Positions 27,796 through 37,133 of a DNA stretch of 64,000 bases are shown one piece after another. Location of the stretch: positions 13,251 to 77,250 of the forward strand of contig JBHELT010000074.1 in assembly GCA_046262935.1 (NCBI GenBank), written 5' to 3'. The notes below the pieces were generated by a model. That model was not told the origin of the DNA. It searched no databases and saw nothing but the letters and a program-made list of their open reading frames with translations. Position 1 is the first letter of the stretch; each line of letters opens with the position of its first letter. A program made the translations under genes and the position numbers. This DNA comes from Actinomycetota bacterium. GTDB lineage: Bacteria; Actinomycetota; CADDZG01; JAHWKV01.

Positions 27796-28772
27796 TAGGG
27801 CTTCGTCCAAAGCGATAAGGCGAAGGATCCTGCGTCGTCGGTCCACCAAGCCTGCTGTTTCGATCCCACAGACCCCAGTTCATCCTCGACGCCTTCGCGG
27901 CGGAACTTGGTACTGATCTCGGTTCGGATCTCTTCGCCCTCTTCGACATCGAACACCAGGTCCACTTTATGAAGGGTCACACGCTGTCGGCCCACTGACC
28001 GCAGTCTCATCTCGATCCATTCGTTGGCCTCGTCGTAGAAAGCAACATGTTCGAAACACCTTGGAACGAAGTCTCCGGCGAGCCTTGCGTTGATGACCTC
28101 GAGGATGTTGCGATTGAACATCGCGGTTATGCCCTTCGAATCGTTGTAAGCAGCATCCAACACGGCGGGATCCTTTACCAGGTCCGTTCCGAGTAGGAAA
28201 GAATCGCCCGATCGCATATTGGATGTGAGGGCTGCGAGGAACTGCTTGCGCTGGGTGGGATCGAGATTACCGATCGTCGACCCGATGAACGCGATCATCC
28301 GCCTGCCTTCGACCGGCAGGTCGCCGAGGTTGCGCTCGAAGTCCCCAACGACCGCGGTCACCGAAACTCCTTCGTAGCGCGACATGATCGAGGTTGCTGC
28401 GGCTGTCAGTGTGACCTCGTCGACGTCGAGGGGGATGAATCTTTCAAGACGCCCTGCATGCGAAAACGCATCCAAGATGATCGCCGATTTCTCCGACGTC
28501 CCCGATCCCAATTCGACGATGGTGTCCGCCCCCGTCAAACGAACGATATCGGCGGCATGGGCTTGCAAGATCTGCTTCTCAGCCCTCGTAAGGTAGTACT
28601 CGTCGAGCCGGGTGATCTCGTCGAATAGTTGCGAACCCTTCTCGTCGTAGAACCATTTGGATGGGATAGATCGGGGTTGGGTCGACAATCCTAGGGTCGC
28701 GTCGAGCTCCAGAGCTTTCTGCATGTCTTCAGGTGTTAGATGACGTTCAACAACGAACCCCGGCTCATGCAT
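27795..28772 (-). CDS. egtD: L-histidine N(alpha)-methyltransferase EgtD (ergothioneine biosynthesis)
   Basis: Near-collinear match by memory to mycobacterial EgtD: PSKWFYDEKGSQLFDEITRLDEYY, IVELGSGTSEKS, AFIGSTIGNL, LLGTDLVKD, FNRNILEVINARL, WWTDDAGSFALSL. Confidence 0.9.
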   Translation of the reverse strand: MHEPGFVVERHLTPEDMQKALELDATLGLSTQPRSIPSKWFYDEKGSQLFDEITRLDEYYLTRAEKQILQAHAADIVRLTGADTIVELGSGTSEKSAIILDAFSHAGRLERFIPLDVDEVTLTAAATSIMSRYEGVSVTAVVGDFERNLGDLPVEGRRMIAFIGSTIGNLDPTQRKQFLAALTSNMRSGDSFLLGTDLVKDPAVLDAAYNDSKGITAMFNRNILEVINARLAGDFVPRCFEHVAFYDEANEWIEMRLRSVGRQRVTLHKVDLVFDVEEGEEIRTEISTKFRREGVEDELGSVGSKQQAWWTDDAGSFALSLWTKP

Positions 28773-30057
28773 CGCGAGCGCACCTGAATCCGCAGAAGAT
28801 CTGCCTTCTTATCGGAAAGTCCCAGTTCCTGAAAGTGTTGCGGATCGCGGTTGGATGAGTTGCCCAAGAGCCACCGCGAAGTACCTTGTAGCCGCGCCCG
28901 TAAAACACCTCGGAGTACTCACGGTACGGGAAAGAGTTGAATCCCGGGTATGGCTCGAAGGCAGTGGACGTCCACTCCCACACATCGCCGATCATCTGGT
29001 GACATCCAACGGGGCTCACGCCACCGGGAAAAGTTCCAATCGGAGTTGGTCTGAAGCGAACTCCACCAACGTTGGCCGTTTCCTCGGTCGGCGCATCGTC
29101 ACCCCATGGGAAGCGCTTCTTCGACTTGGTCGCCGGGTCCCATGAAGCCGCCTTCTCCCACTCGGCTTCCGTTGGCAAACGCTTGCCCGCCCAATGCGCA
29201 TAAGCGTTCGCCTCATGCCACGAAACATGTTCTACAGGTTCGGCGTCAACGATCGGTTCGACGCGTCCATACCTAAGGCGCGCCCACTGACCTCCTGCTT
29301 GTTTACTCCAGAACAAGGGCGACTCCGCCGATTCTTTAGCGCGCCATTCCCAACCCTCGGGGGTCCAGAATCTTCGGTCAAAATAACCCCCAGCCAGCAT
29401 GAAGTCCATATAGGCGCGGTTGGTTACCGGAGCGGTGTCTATGTAGAACGGCGGCAGATCGACAGTATGTTGCGGTCGTTCATTGTCGTAAGCCCACGGC
29501 TCGAGATCGGTTCCCATCTGGAAGGGGCCACCCTCGACGTATACCTGTTGACCCACATCGACCGGTGCCCGCGGGAGAGCGCGCTGCTTTACCGGATATT
29601 CGGCTCCGCTGCGTAGCTGCAGGGTCGCTAGCATGGTCTCGTCATGCTGGTGCTCATGTTGCACGACCATGCCATAAACGAAACCTTCGGCGAGCAATGG
29701 GTTGGACGGGTCGAATTCGGTCCGGTCGAGGACATCGAAGACTTGGCCGCGCACGTCGGTTATGTATGACCTGGATTCGTGTGGGCCAAGCAGCCTCAGT
29801 TTGGTGCGTTCCTTGCGCGCATGCTTGAAGGCATCGTATATATCGTCGAGTTCAGGGTCCGACGCGGGGACCCCTGCGACCATCCTCAGGAGCCATATCT
29901 CTTCGTAGTTGCCAACGTGCGCAAGGTCCCATACCAGTGGCGACATGATCGGAGAATGTTGCTTGATGAGGTCCTTGTCGTCGACGGGTGCCAGCAAACC
30001 GAATGACCGCTTTCGGACACCGTCGAGTTCGTCTGCGATCAATTGCTTTAGATCCAT
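28765..30057 (-). CDS. egtB: ergothioneine biosynthesis sulfoxide synthase EgtB (DinB-like + FGE-sulfatase domains)
   Basis: DinB-like iron motif HEHQHDETM, C-terminal FGE-type region LRGGSWATHP; overlaps egtD by 8 nt. Start trimmed to MDLKQLIADE (ATG at 30055-30057). Confidence 0.85.
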   Translation of the reverse strand: MDLKQLIADELDGVRKRSFGLLAPVDDKDLIKQHSPIMSPLVWDLAHVGNYEEIWLLRMVAGVPASDPELDDIYDAFKHARKERTKLRLLGPHESRSYITDVRGQVFDVLDRTEFDPSNPLLAEGFVYGMVVQHEHQHDETMLATLQLRSGAEYPVKQRALPRAPVDVGQQVYVEGGPFQMGTDLEPWAYDNERPQHTVDLPPFYIDTAPVTNRAYMDFMLAGGYFDRRFWTPEGWEWRAKESAESPLFWSKQAGGQWARLRYGRVEPIVDAEPVEHVSWHEANAYAHWAGKRLPTEAEWEKAASWDPATKSKKRFPWGDDAPTEETANVGGVRFRPTPIGTFPGGVSPVGCHQMIGDVWEWTSTAFEPYPGFNSFPYREYSEVFYGRGYKVLRGGSWATHPTAIRNTFRNWDFPIRRQIFCGFRCARDA

Positions 30058-31322
30058 GCGGGGGCCCCAACGCTCGATTCGAAAGGTAGGTATCGGCCGG
30101 TCTTCTCGAACGCTTCCAGCCTCTCGTCTGCGGGCATGCGAGAGCGGAATGTGAATCTGTCGGCGAACTCGGCCAGAGCGGCCAGATCGGTTGCGCCAAC
30201 ATCCATGCGTTGTGCGCCATCGAGAGCCGCCTGCATGCAAGTGATCGCCGACTCAGCAATCGCTGTATCAGCAAGTCCATCGACGGCAGCGTCTTTCCAC
30301 ATGTTTGCGGTCGCGGCGGTAGCGCGCTCGGCCCTCTCACCCGCTTCAACGTCGTGCAGAAGAACAACCCACGCGGTCACCGCGGCCCGCCAGTACGGCT
30401 CTGGGAGAGCGTCGATCATCCTGATCTCCAACCATGCCTTCGGTCGTATCGGCGGAAAAAGTGTGGTCAAGTGGTAATCGAGATCATCGGGAGTTGGAAA
30501 GCCCGTCTCGTGACCATGTTGTATCCAGTTCTTGAAAGTGAAGTTTCGTCCCGCGTGCCCGAAACGCTCTCCATGTGGCCCGATCAATATCACTTGAGCA
30601 TTCAAGGCGTAGCGGGCCCAAACGCTAACTGGATCGTCTGATATCTCAAGCGGCGCAGTCCGTGACGGATCCATACCCTGCCATATCGCCAGGCGATTCG
30701 AAGCAACCGCATTCGGTTTCCCATCGATGATGGGTGAATCGGCGAATATCGCCGACATGACTGGACCCACAAGATGAGCGATGCGGAACTGTTCAACCCG
30801 GCGGGACGAGACATCTATGTTGATCTGAAGCGCCGCGGTGTCGCGCATCATCCTTCGACCGAGAGGGCCGAAGGAATCGAAACACTCCTCCATCCGGTCG
30901 TATCGAGGGGTGTGAATTACGCGCTCGTTTCGCCTCAGAGGATCCACACCGACGCTGACCATTTCGATCCCACTCGCTGACAGCAGGCCTGCGATATGTG
31001 ACCGGTCGGTGGCTGCCGCTGCGGTGGCCCTATCGACACTTCCCCTAACGAGGGTGCTGAGCTCGACCTGCCCGCCCGGCTCATAGGTGATGGCGCCACC
31101 CGCAGGGAGCGGTCCCGCCGATCCTAGTATCTGTCTGACGAGGTCGTGGGGTACCGGGGCGGTCGGGTCCCCCGCCGTGTAAACCAGCCACTCCATCTCG
31201 AGCCCAACCCTGGGCGAGTCTGTGGGGACCAAGCACGTCTCCGCCAACCGGCGATAAACGTCCTTTTCAGCGAGGCTTCTGTGGTTTGAGGGCATCGGAT
31301 TGGCCTTGACGAAACAGTCCAA
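30048..31322 (-). CDS. egtA: glutamate–cysteine ligase family 2 protein EgtA
   Basis: GCS2-type motifs GLEMEWLVY and ALQINIDV; ~424 aa; translationally coupled to egtB. Confidence 0.7.
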   Translation of the reverse strand: MDCFVKANPMPSNHRSLAEKDVYRRLAETCLVPTDSPRVGLEMEWLVYTAGDPTAPVPHDLVRQILGSAGPLPAGGAITYEPGGQVELSTLVRGSVDRATAAAATDRSHIAGLLSASGIEMVSVGVDPLRRNERVIHTPRYDRMEECFDSFGPLGRRMMRDTAALQINIDVSSRRVEQFRIAHLVGPVMSAIFADSPIIDGKPNAVASNRLAIWQGMDPSRTAPLEISDDPVSVWARYALNAQVILIGPHGERFGHAGRNFTFKNWIQHGHETGFPTPDDLDYHLTTLFPPIRPKAWLEIRMIDALPEPYWRAAVTAWVVLLHDVEAGERAERATAATANMWKDAAVDGLADTAIAESAITCMQAALDGAQRMDVGATDLAALAEFADRFTFRSRMPADERLEAFEKTGRYLPFESSVGAPAWI

Positions 31323-31403
31323 GAACGATACCCGATTCCCTGGTTTAGCAAGGAGCAGTCCAAAGGCGCACAGTTACCCGCCGGATGGGTTAGAACATCA
31401 TCG

Positions 31404-32192
31404 ATGGAAAAGACCAATCGAAGACGCAAGGGCCGGATCCTTGAACGCAGTAGCGAACATGCCGAAACGTCCGACGAAAAACTGCTTGAGCGTCGAGACC
31501 CGACCTTCACCGACACAGATCCATGGCGAGCGCTTCGGATACTCTCGGAATTCGTAGAAGGGTTCCAAGCGTTCGCCCACATCCCGCTAGCGATCAGTGT
31601 CTTCGGCTCGGCCCGCGTTGTCGAACAGGACCCGTATTACGACGTCGCTCGCCGGGTCGGAGCTGCCCTGGCGGACGCCGGCTACGCAGTGATCACTGGC
31701 GGTGGCCCTGGGATCATGGAGGCAGCCAACAAGGGCTGCAAGGAGGCCGGGGGTCTCTCCATCGGATGCAACATCGAACTTCCCTTCGAACAGAAGATGA
31801 ACGCATATGTCGATCTTGGGGTCGACTTCAATTACTTCTTCGCTCGAAAGATGATGTTCGTTAAGTACTCAGAAGGATTCGTGGTGTTCCCGGGCGGATA
31901 CGGAACCTTGGACGAGTTGTTCGAAGCGGTGACCCTTATCCAAACCGGCAAGGTTTATCACTTCCCGGTCATATTGTTCGGTTCGGCTTATTGGGCTGGT
32001 CTGATCGATTGGCTGAAGGACAAGCCGCTCGGTGAGGGCAAGATCTACGCCGAAGACCTCGAATATCTGCGCATCACCGACGATGTCGCCGAAGTTGTAG
32101 CGACCATCGATGAAGCACTCGCGGCCAGGGCTCATGAGACGACGACCGAAACGCCCGACCACGTAAGGCCCGACAAATCAGATGCGCAATAG
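31404..32192 (+). CDS. LOG-family (TIGR00730) Rossmann-fold nucleotide-binding protein / cytokinin riboside 5'-monophosphate phosphoribohydrolase-like
   Basis: GGGPGIMEAANKG and PGGYGTLDELFE are hallmark LOG motifs. Confidence 0.8.
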   Translation: MEKTNRRRKGRILERSSEHAETSDEKLLERRDPTFTDTDPWRALRILSEFVEGFQAFAHIPLAISVFGSARVVEQDPYYDVARRVGAALADAGYAVITGGGPGIMEAANKGCKEAGGLSIGCNIELPFEQKMNAYVDLGVDFNYFFARKMMFVKYSEGFVVFPGGYGTLDELFEAVTLIQTGKVYHFPVILFGSAYWAGLIDWLKDKPLGEGKIYAEDLEYLRITDDVAEVVATIDEALAARAHETTTETPDHVRPDKSDAQ

Positions 32193-32334
32193 ATCCGCGT
32201 CCGGCGGCGCATAAGGTGTAGGCGGCGTTACCGTCCAATCCGAACGTTGATACGTCCTGGACCGCGAAATTGCTGGAACGGAATTAAAGAAGAGGCGCCC
32301 ACGAGGGACGCCTCTTCCTTATTCTTCGAAATGA

Positions 32335-33684
32335 TTAGTCGAACAAGTATCCGTCCCATCCGGCACCGAACAGGTCACGTTCGGCAACTTCGACCGCTGC
32401 GATCTTTTCGGCCCCCGGCATCGAAACGACCACTCTTGCGGAACCTGCAGCCAGTGCCCGTCTCCTGCGGCTCGACCTCTCCAGAGCTACACCAGCGATC
32501 AGCAGCATCAGTGCGAGTTCGAGTTGCAGCTTGGCATCGATCCCGGTGAACGGAAGTGCCCTTGTGAATGAGACACCGAGCACCGAGGTTGGCTTTGGAC
32601 TCTTGGTGAAACTCTCACCAAGAACGCTGGTGCAATCAGTGATTTGATCGAACACCTTGGTTGAAGAGTTCCCGCCCGGGTTGACCGATGATGCAGAGAT
32701 CGAGTGGGGACCATCATTGGCGAAGGTCTCCGCTATCGTCTGCGATTGGCCAGCTGCCAGGGTTATCGTTTGGGCGACGCCATCCAGCGAGACCGTGAAT
32801 GTGCGGGATGCCGCCGAGTTGCTGTTCAACAGCAGGACGTTAGCCGTGCGGCTCGTGCAGCTCACAGATCCGATCGAAAGCGTCGAGCCGAACGTGGGCG
32901 TTTCGTGCGAGCAATCCAGCTTCGGGAACGTCTTCGACTTCGTGTTACCGCTAGTTGTAACGGTGATCGTGTGCGAAGCATCTGATGGCACGGTGAAAGT
33001 CATAGTCCTGGATGCACCTGCCGCTAGCGAAACCGTGCTTGCACTCTCCCAGTCCGGAGTGATGGTGAAAGAACGAGTTGTCGCTGCGTTCTCATTCTTG
33101 AAAGTCACCGAAAGCGTCCTGCTGTCGCAATCGACCGAGCCGATGGAAATCTTGGAACCCTTCACCTCCGAAGTTGATGGCGAAGAACATCCAGTGTGAG
33201 CAGGGTTCGTCCTTGCTATCCCATGGTTTCCGTCACATTCGTAACCATTGTTGTGATCACTGGGGCCTGGGTATTGGCCTGGAGGGTTCTTGTCATCAGC
33301 GTTGCCAACACAACCCGCGCAGGGTTTGCCGGTTGAAATCCCACCGCCGTTGCCATTACCGGACTGGCCATCGGGGCATGTGTTCGTGTAGGGCCCCGCA
33401 GGAGTTGAGTTGGCGCCGCTGCCCGTCCCGCTGTTGCCCGACGGATCACCATTGCACTTGGTGGTATCGCTGTGATCGGAAGACGAGGATGCGGATGTCT
33501 GCGACGAAAGCGCATCGCTAGCGGACAGGGTGGTGTCTTGGGACCGGTGGCCCTGGGACTTGTCCGAGCGGTGCTCGCTGCTCGAGCCACCCGCGGCGGC
33601 GAACCCTTGAAAGCCCACCGAGATCATCAGGATCAGTGCCAATACTGTTGCGGCGCCGACTTTGCGTAGAAGCTGTACGAGCAT
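32335..33684 (-). CDS. cell-surface protein with signal peptide, Ser/Thr/Gly-rich region, two tandem ~90-aa domain repeats and an LPFTG sortase-type sorting signal
   Basis: N-terminal signal MLVQLLRKVGAATVLALILMISVGFQGFAAAGG; paired repeats IGSVDCDSRT.../IGSVSCTSRT... with LAAGxSxT; C-terminal LPFTG followed by a hydrophobic stretch and RRRR. Confidence 0.6.
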   Translation of the reverse strand: MLVQLLRKVGAATVLALILMISVGFQGFAAAGGSSSEHRSDKSQGHRSQDTTLSASDALSSQTSASSSSDHSDTTKCNGDPSGNSGTGSGANSTPAGPYTNTCPDGQSGNGNGGGISTGKPCAGCVGNADDKNPPGQYPGPSDHNNGYECDGNHGIARTNPAHTGCSSPSTSEVKGSKISIGSVDCDSRTLSVTFKNENAATTRSFTITPDWESASTVSLAAGASRTMTFTVPSDASHTITVTTSGNTKSKTFPKLDCSHETPTFGSTLSIGSVSCTSRTANVLLLNSNSAASRTFTVSLDGVAQTITLAAGQSQTIAETFANDGPHSISASSVNPGGNSSTKVFDQITDCTSVLGESFTKSPKPTSVLGVSFTRALPFTGIDAKLQLELALMLLIAGVALERSSRRRRALAAGSARVVVSMPGAEKIAAVEVAERDLFGAGWDGYLFD

Positions 33685-34009
33685 CTGGTCTCCCCTGTCC
33701 TAGAGCGGCCGGGTTCACCATTAAGCTCGCCGCTGCCCATTAGGTGACCAGATTCAGGCAGCGGGTCAAAGCTTCCGCGGTAACTTCCTTACGAAGCACC
33801 AACGTATTTCGTGCACTCATGTTACGGCCTCGACCACGCTAAGTGCAATAGTTATCTCGTAGAGCGTTTGGGTTAGTCTGCCCTTGAGCACAATCTTGGA
33901 CCTATTTGTGCTGTTCGCGGTGATTTCAGCGATTCCGAAAAGATTTTCGTGCGCCCTCTGCCTGCAACCCGACCACGCTTCGAGAGCGCTAAGAAACACG
34001 CGCCAGGGA

Positions 34010-35050
34010 TCATTCGCTATCCATAGCGTCGATCGCGAACCAGCCTCCGTCGGGCTTTTCAACTGCCAGGCATAGCAACCAACCGGTGGCTCCTACTGGC
34101 GGGAACCAATACCAACGCGATCGACTCGCCTCATCGAAAAGATCTCGACCGTCGATCGGCCATTCGAGATCGAAAACGCTCGCCAGCGCCCACCAAGTTC
34201 CGAATCTGCCCGAAGCCGCTCCCCGTCGCCTTCCGTGAGCACCGCCATTCGCCGCGGCCCAGGCCATCGTCGTTGCAGCTTCCTGGAAAGAGGTCTCGAC
34301 CAAACGTCGGGGGCCATCCAGAGACGAGACCCAATTGGACAAGTCGCCATTGCCTGTCGAAACGCAAGCCTGCCCATTGGAACTCGAGACCCATTCGGCG
34401 ACGAGTGCTAGTAAGGCCTCTTCGACGTCGGGAGAAGGAACGTCAACCTGGAATCTGCCCCCAGCTCGCGCCGCTCCGCCGTCCTGCGATCCGACCAAGG
34501 CGGGGGCCTGCACCTCAACCGCATCGGACTTATAGGTCGCCAGTGGATAGTCCTCCCAATCGAGCAGCCTGCCAGGCAGCTCGAGAACCTCAAGCGCATC
34601 ACGCGCGCTATCGGTAAGGTCCTCTCCCCTGATCACACGTTCGGCGGCGAAAACGCCAAGGACCGTTGGGTCCTTGATCCACCCGGCCACTTCGTCATAT
34701 CGATGGGTCGAAGCCGCGACTTCGGTAAGGGGGCCGAGGGCGAAGCGGCCTGCGTCGGCAGTCATGACCTTGCCCGCGAATTCTCCCGGTGCCTGCAGAG
34801 CCAGCCGGTATTCGACATGTTCGGCGATCGGCCACAGCTGCTTGCCCCGCTCGGTCTCCGCGCGGCACCGAGCCGCTAGGTCTTCGAGAGTTTCCCATTG
34901 TCTTGCATCACACAATGCGTCGATCCGCAGCAGAAGAGGATTCGGCTCCGCAGCGACGATCAGATCGTCTAGGTCCAAGCTCGAACCCCTGGTCCGGTCA
35001 ATCTCTGAGCGCTGCTTCAAAAACGTCGAAGGTCTCATCGAGTTGGTCAT
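34010..35050 (-). CDS. hypothetical protein (346 aa), no recognisable domain
   Basis: Intact ORF with GC-biased codons; 53-nt overlap with the upstream gabT-like gene start suggests a slightly shorter true ORF or translational coupling. Confidence 0.4.
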   Translation of the reverse strand: MTNSMRPSTFLKQRSEIDRTRGSSLDLDDLIVAAEPNPLLLRIDALCDARQWETLEDLAARCRAETERGKQLWPIAEHVEYRLALQAPGEFAGKVMTADAGRFALGPLTEVAASTHRYDEVAGWIKDPTVLGVFAAERVIRGEDLTDSARDALEVLELPGRLLDWEDYPLATYKSDAVEVQAPALVGSQDGGAARAGGRFQVDVPSPDVEEALLALVAEWVSSSNGQACVSTGNGDLSNWVSSLDGPRRLVETSFQEAATTMAWAAANGGAHGRRRGAASGRFGTWWALASVFDLEWPIDGRDLFDEASRSRWYWFPPVGATGWLLCLAVEKPDGGWFAIDAMDSE

Positions 35051-36254
35051 CCGAGATCACGAGCGGCATGAGATGCCTGATCACATCGCCTTTCGGCCCA
35101 GCGGTCATCGCCAATACCCCGGCCTCAAGGCTTCTATTGATCACACGTCGAGCTTTGTCCCCAGAGCCGAACTCAACCCCGATCATCGCACCCAAACCAC
35201 GGATGGACGAGATCGATGACCCGCCCGAGGCAAGCGCCCCCCAACCCTGCTCGAGGCGAGCGCCTATGTCGCGAGCACGCGCAACCAGATCTTGATCCTT
35301 CATCACATCGAGCACTGCCAATGCCGCCGCGCAAGCTACTGGATTGCCAACATAGGTGCCCCCTAACGCATTCGGCACGAGTGCGTCCATGAAACGGGGG
35401 TCGCCCACGATCGCCGAAAGCGGGAGACCGGCCGCGATGGACTTTCCAAGGACGACAAGATGCGGACGGATCCCGCTTTGCTCACTGGCCAGGAACGAGC
35501 CTGTTCTTCCGTAACCAGACTGGATCTCATCGGCGATGAACACCACGTTCGCGCGCTCGCAAAGATCGAAGAGAGATTCCAACAATCCCTTCGCTGGCGG
35601 CACGAAGCCACCTTCACCCTGGATCGGCTCGATGATCAAACCACCGATCTCGTTGCTCTGTATCAATCCAGAAACGACCTCGAGGCATCGCTCGACCTCG
35701 GAATCGTGGGCGGCGTACGGGGCTCGATAAACCTCGGGTGCGAATGGACCGAATCCGGCTTTGTATGGCACGTCCCTTCCGGTGAGCGAAAGCGCCATCA
35801 GGGTCCTGCCATGAAATGCATTTTCGAAGCAGATGATCCCGGTCTTACCCGTTGCTCCTTTCGCTACCTTGATCGCGTTCTCAACCGCTTCGGCCCCCGA
35901 GTTGAAGAACCCGGCTTTGCGCCCTCCACCGCACATATCCGACAACCGCCCCGCTAGCTGCAGGTATGACTCATACGGCGATATCGAGAAGTCTGTGTGG
36001 GTGAATCTCGAAACCTGCTCGTTGATGGCCGAGACGACATGCGGATGGGAATGACCAACAACCAGGCAGCCGACCCCACCGATGAAATCGATAAAGCGGT
36101 TGCCATCAACATCTTCTACAACGGCGCCCTCGCCTCGTTCGATGAAAACCTGTCCACCTGGAACAAGTGGGTGCGCTATCGACTCACGGGCCTGCACGGA
36201 CAAGGTTCTTGAGCGCGGGCCGGGGACCTCGGTAACGAGCCTGATCGAACCCAT
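34998..36254 (-). CDS. class-III aminotransferase (4-aminobutyrate/ornithine-type aminotransferase, GabT-like)
   Basis: GRTLMALSLTG, VFIADEIQSGYGRTG, and PLP-lysine context LVVLGKSIAAGLP. Confidence 0.8.
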   Translation of the reverse strand: MGSIRLVTEVPGPRSRTLSVQARESIAHPLVPGGQVFIERGEGAVVEDVDGNRFIDFIGGVGCLVVGHSHPHVVSAINEQVSRFTHTDFSISPYESYLQLAGRLSDMCGGGRKAGFFNSGAEAVENAIKVAKGATGKTGIICFENAFHGRTLMALSLTGRDVPYKAGFGPFAPEVYRAPYAAHDSEVERCLEVVSGLIQSNEIGGLIIEPIQGEGGFVPPAKGLLESLFDLCERANVVFIADEIQSGYGRTGSFLASEQSGIRPHLVVLGKSIAAGLPLSAIVGDPRFMDALVPNALGGTYVGNPVACAAALAVLDVMKDQDLVARARDIGARLEQGWGALASGGSSISSIRGLGAMIGVEFGSGDKARRVINRSLEAGVLAMTAGPKGDVIRHLMPLVISDDQLDETFDVFEAALRD

Positions 36255-37078
36255 CAGCCCTCTAACGCTTTCAACAACCGGCTGACGGGTCCAGAGAGTC
36301 CATATCCCCTGGCCGATCCAACGACATCCGGATCGGTGGGCTTCCTGCTGCGGGTTAGGTCAACGACGGGGATGGGCAGGTCCGAAGATATGAGAACCAC
36401 GTTCACGGCCCTATCGAGATAATCGAGGGACCGCTTGACCTTCGCAAGGGGACCCGAGACCCCATGATCAGCGGTCATCGCAGCCTCGACGACCGCTTCG
36501 AGGCTGCCATATTTCGAGATCAGGAACGCCGCACTTTTCTCCCCAACCCCGGGAACACCTGGCAGCCCATCGGATGGATCGCCGCGCAGGATCGCGAAGT
36601 CGCCGTAAGCCCGCCCCGGGATCCCGTATTTCTTTGCGATCAACTCCTCTGTGATCGTCTCCACCTGACTCACGCCTCGCTTTGGGTAAAGGATGCAAAC
36701 ATCGGGGTCTCGCACCAGTTGGAACAGATCGCGATCTCCCGAAACGATCTCAACACGGCCAGTTGCTCTTGCCGCCAGCGTTCCGATCACGTCTTCTGCT
36801 TCGTAGTCGGCTAAGCCAACCACAGAGACGCCGCATCGCTCCACAAGATCGAAGATCACGGGGATCTGGGCGTCGAGGTCCGGGGTCGGGTCGAGGTCGA
36901 GCCTGTGGGTTTTGTAGGTTTCGATCAGATCGACACGCCACTGCGGCCGCCAGGCTTCGTCGGTTGCACAGGCGATCGAAGAAGGGTCGCGATCGGCAAC
37001 AAGCTTAGTGAGCATATCGATGAAGCCATGCGCGGCGTTCATCGGCATACCGCTCGGGGACCTCACGGTGTCGGGCAT
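36254..37078 (-). CDS. 5'-3' exonuclease (FEN/Pol I N-terminal-domain family, PIN + H3TH)
   Basis: HGFIDMLTKLVADRDP, ETYKTHRL, and an H3TH region; ~274 aa. Confidence 0.75.
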   Translation of the reverse strand: MPDTVRSPSGMPMNAAHGFIDMLTKLVADRDPSSIACATDEAWRPQWRVDLIETYKTHRLDLDPTPDLDAQIPVIFDLVERCGVSVVGLADYEAEDVIGTLAARATGRVEIVSGDRDLFQLVRDPDVCILYPKRGVSQVETITEELIAKKYGIPGRAYGDFAILRGDPSDGLPGVPGVGEKSAAFLISKYGSLEAVVEAAMTADHGVSGPLAKVKRSLDYLDRAVNVVLISSDLPIPVVDLTRSRKPTDPDVVGSARGYGLSGPVSRLLKALEG

Positions 37079-37133
37079 GGAAAAGAATGCCCTATATATG
37101 AGGCTCGACGCATCAACGAGAAGCGTCAGGGGC

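Noticed and set aside
28765-30240. 491-aa version of EgtB
   Set aside because: An N-terminal 61-aa Arg-rich extension overlaps egtA; the start at 30057 gives a typical-length EgtB with a 10-nt coupling overlap.
33685-34009. Possible small ORFs (33817..34062 minus, 33884..34075 plus) or sRNA in the low-GC intergenic region
   Set aside because: The ORFs are short, overlap each other and lack motifs. The region is better explained as the promoter/5' UTR of the LPFTG surface-protein gene; an sRNA cannot be supported from sequence alone.
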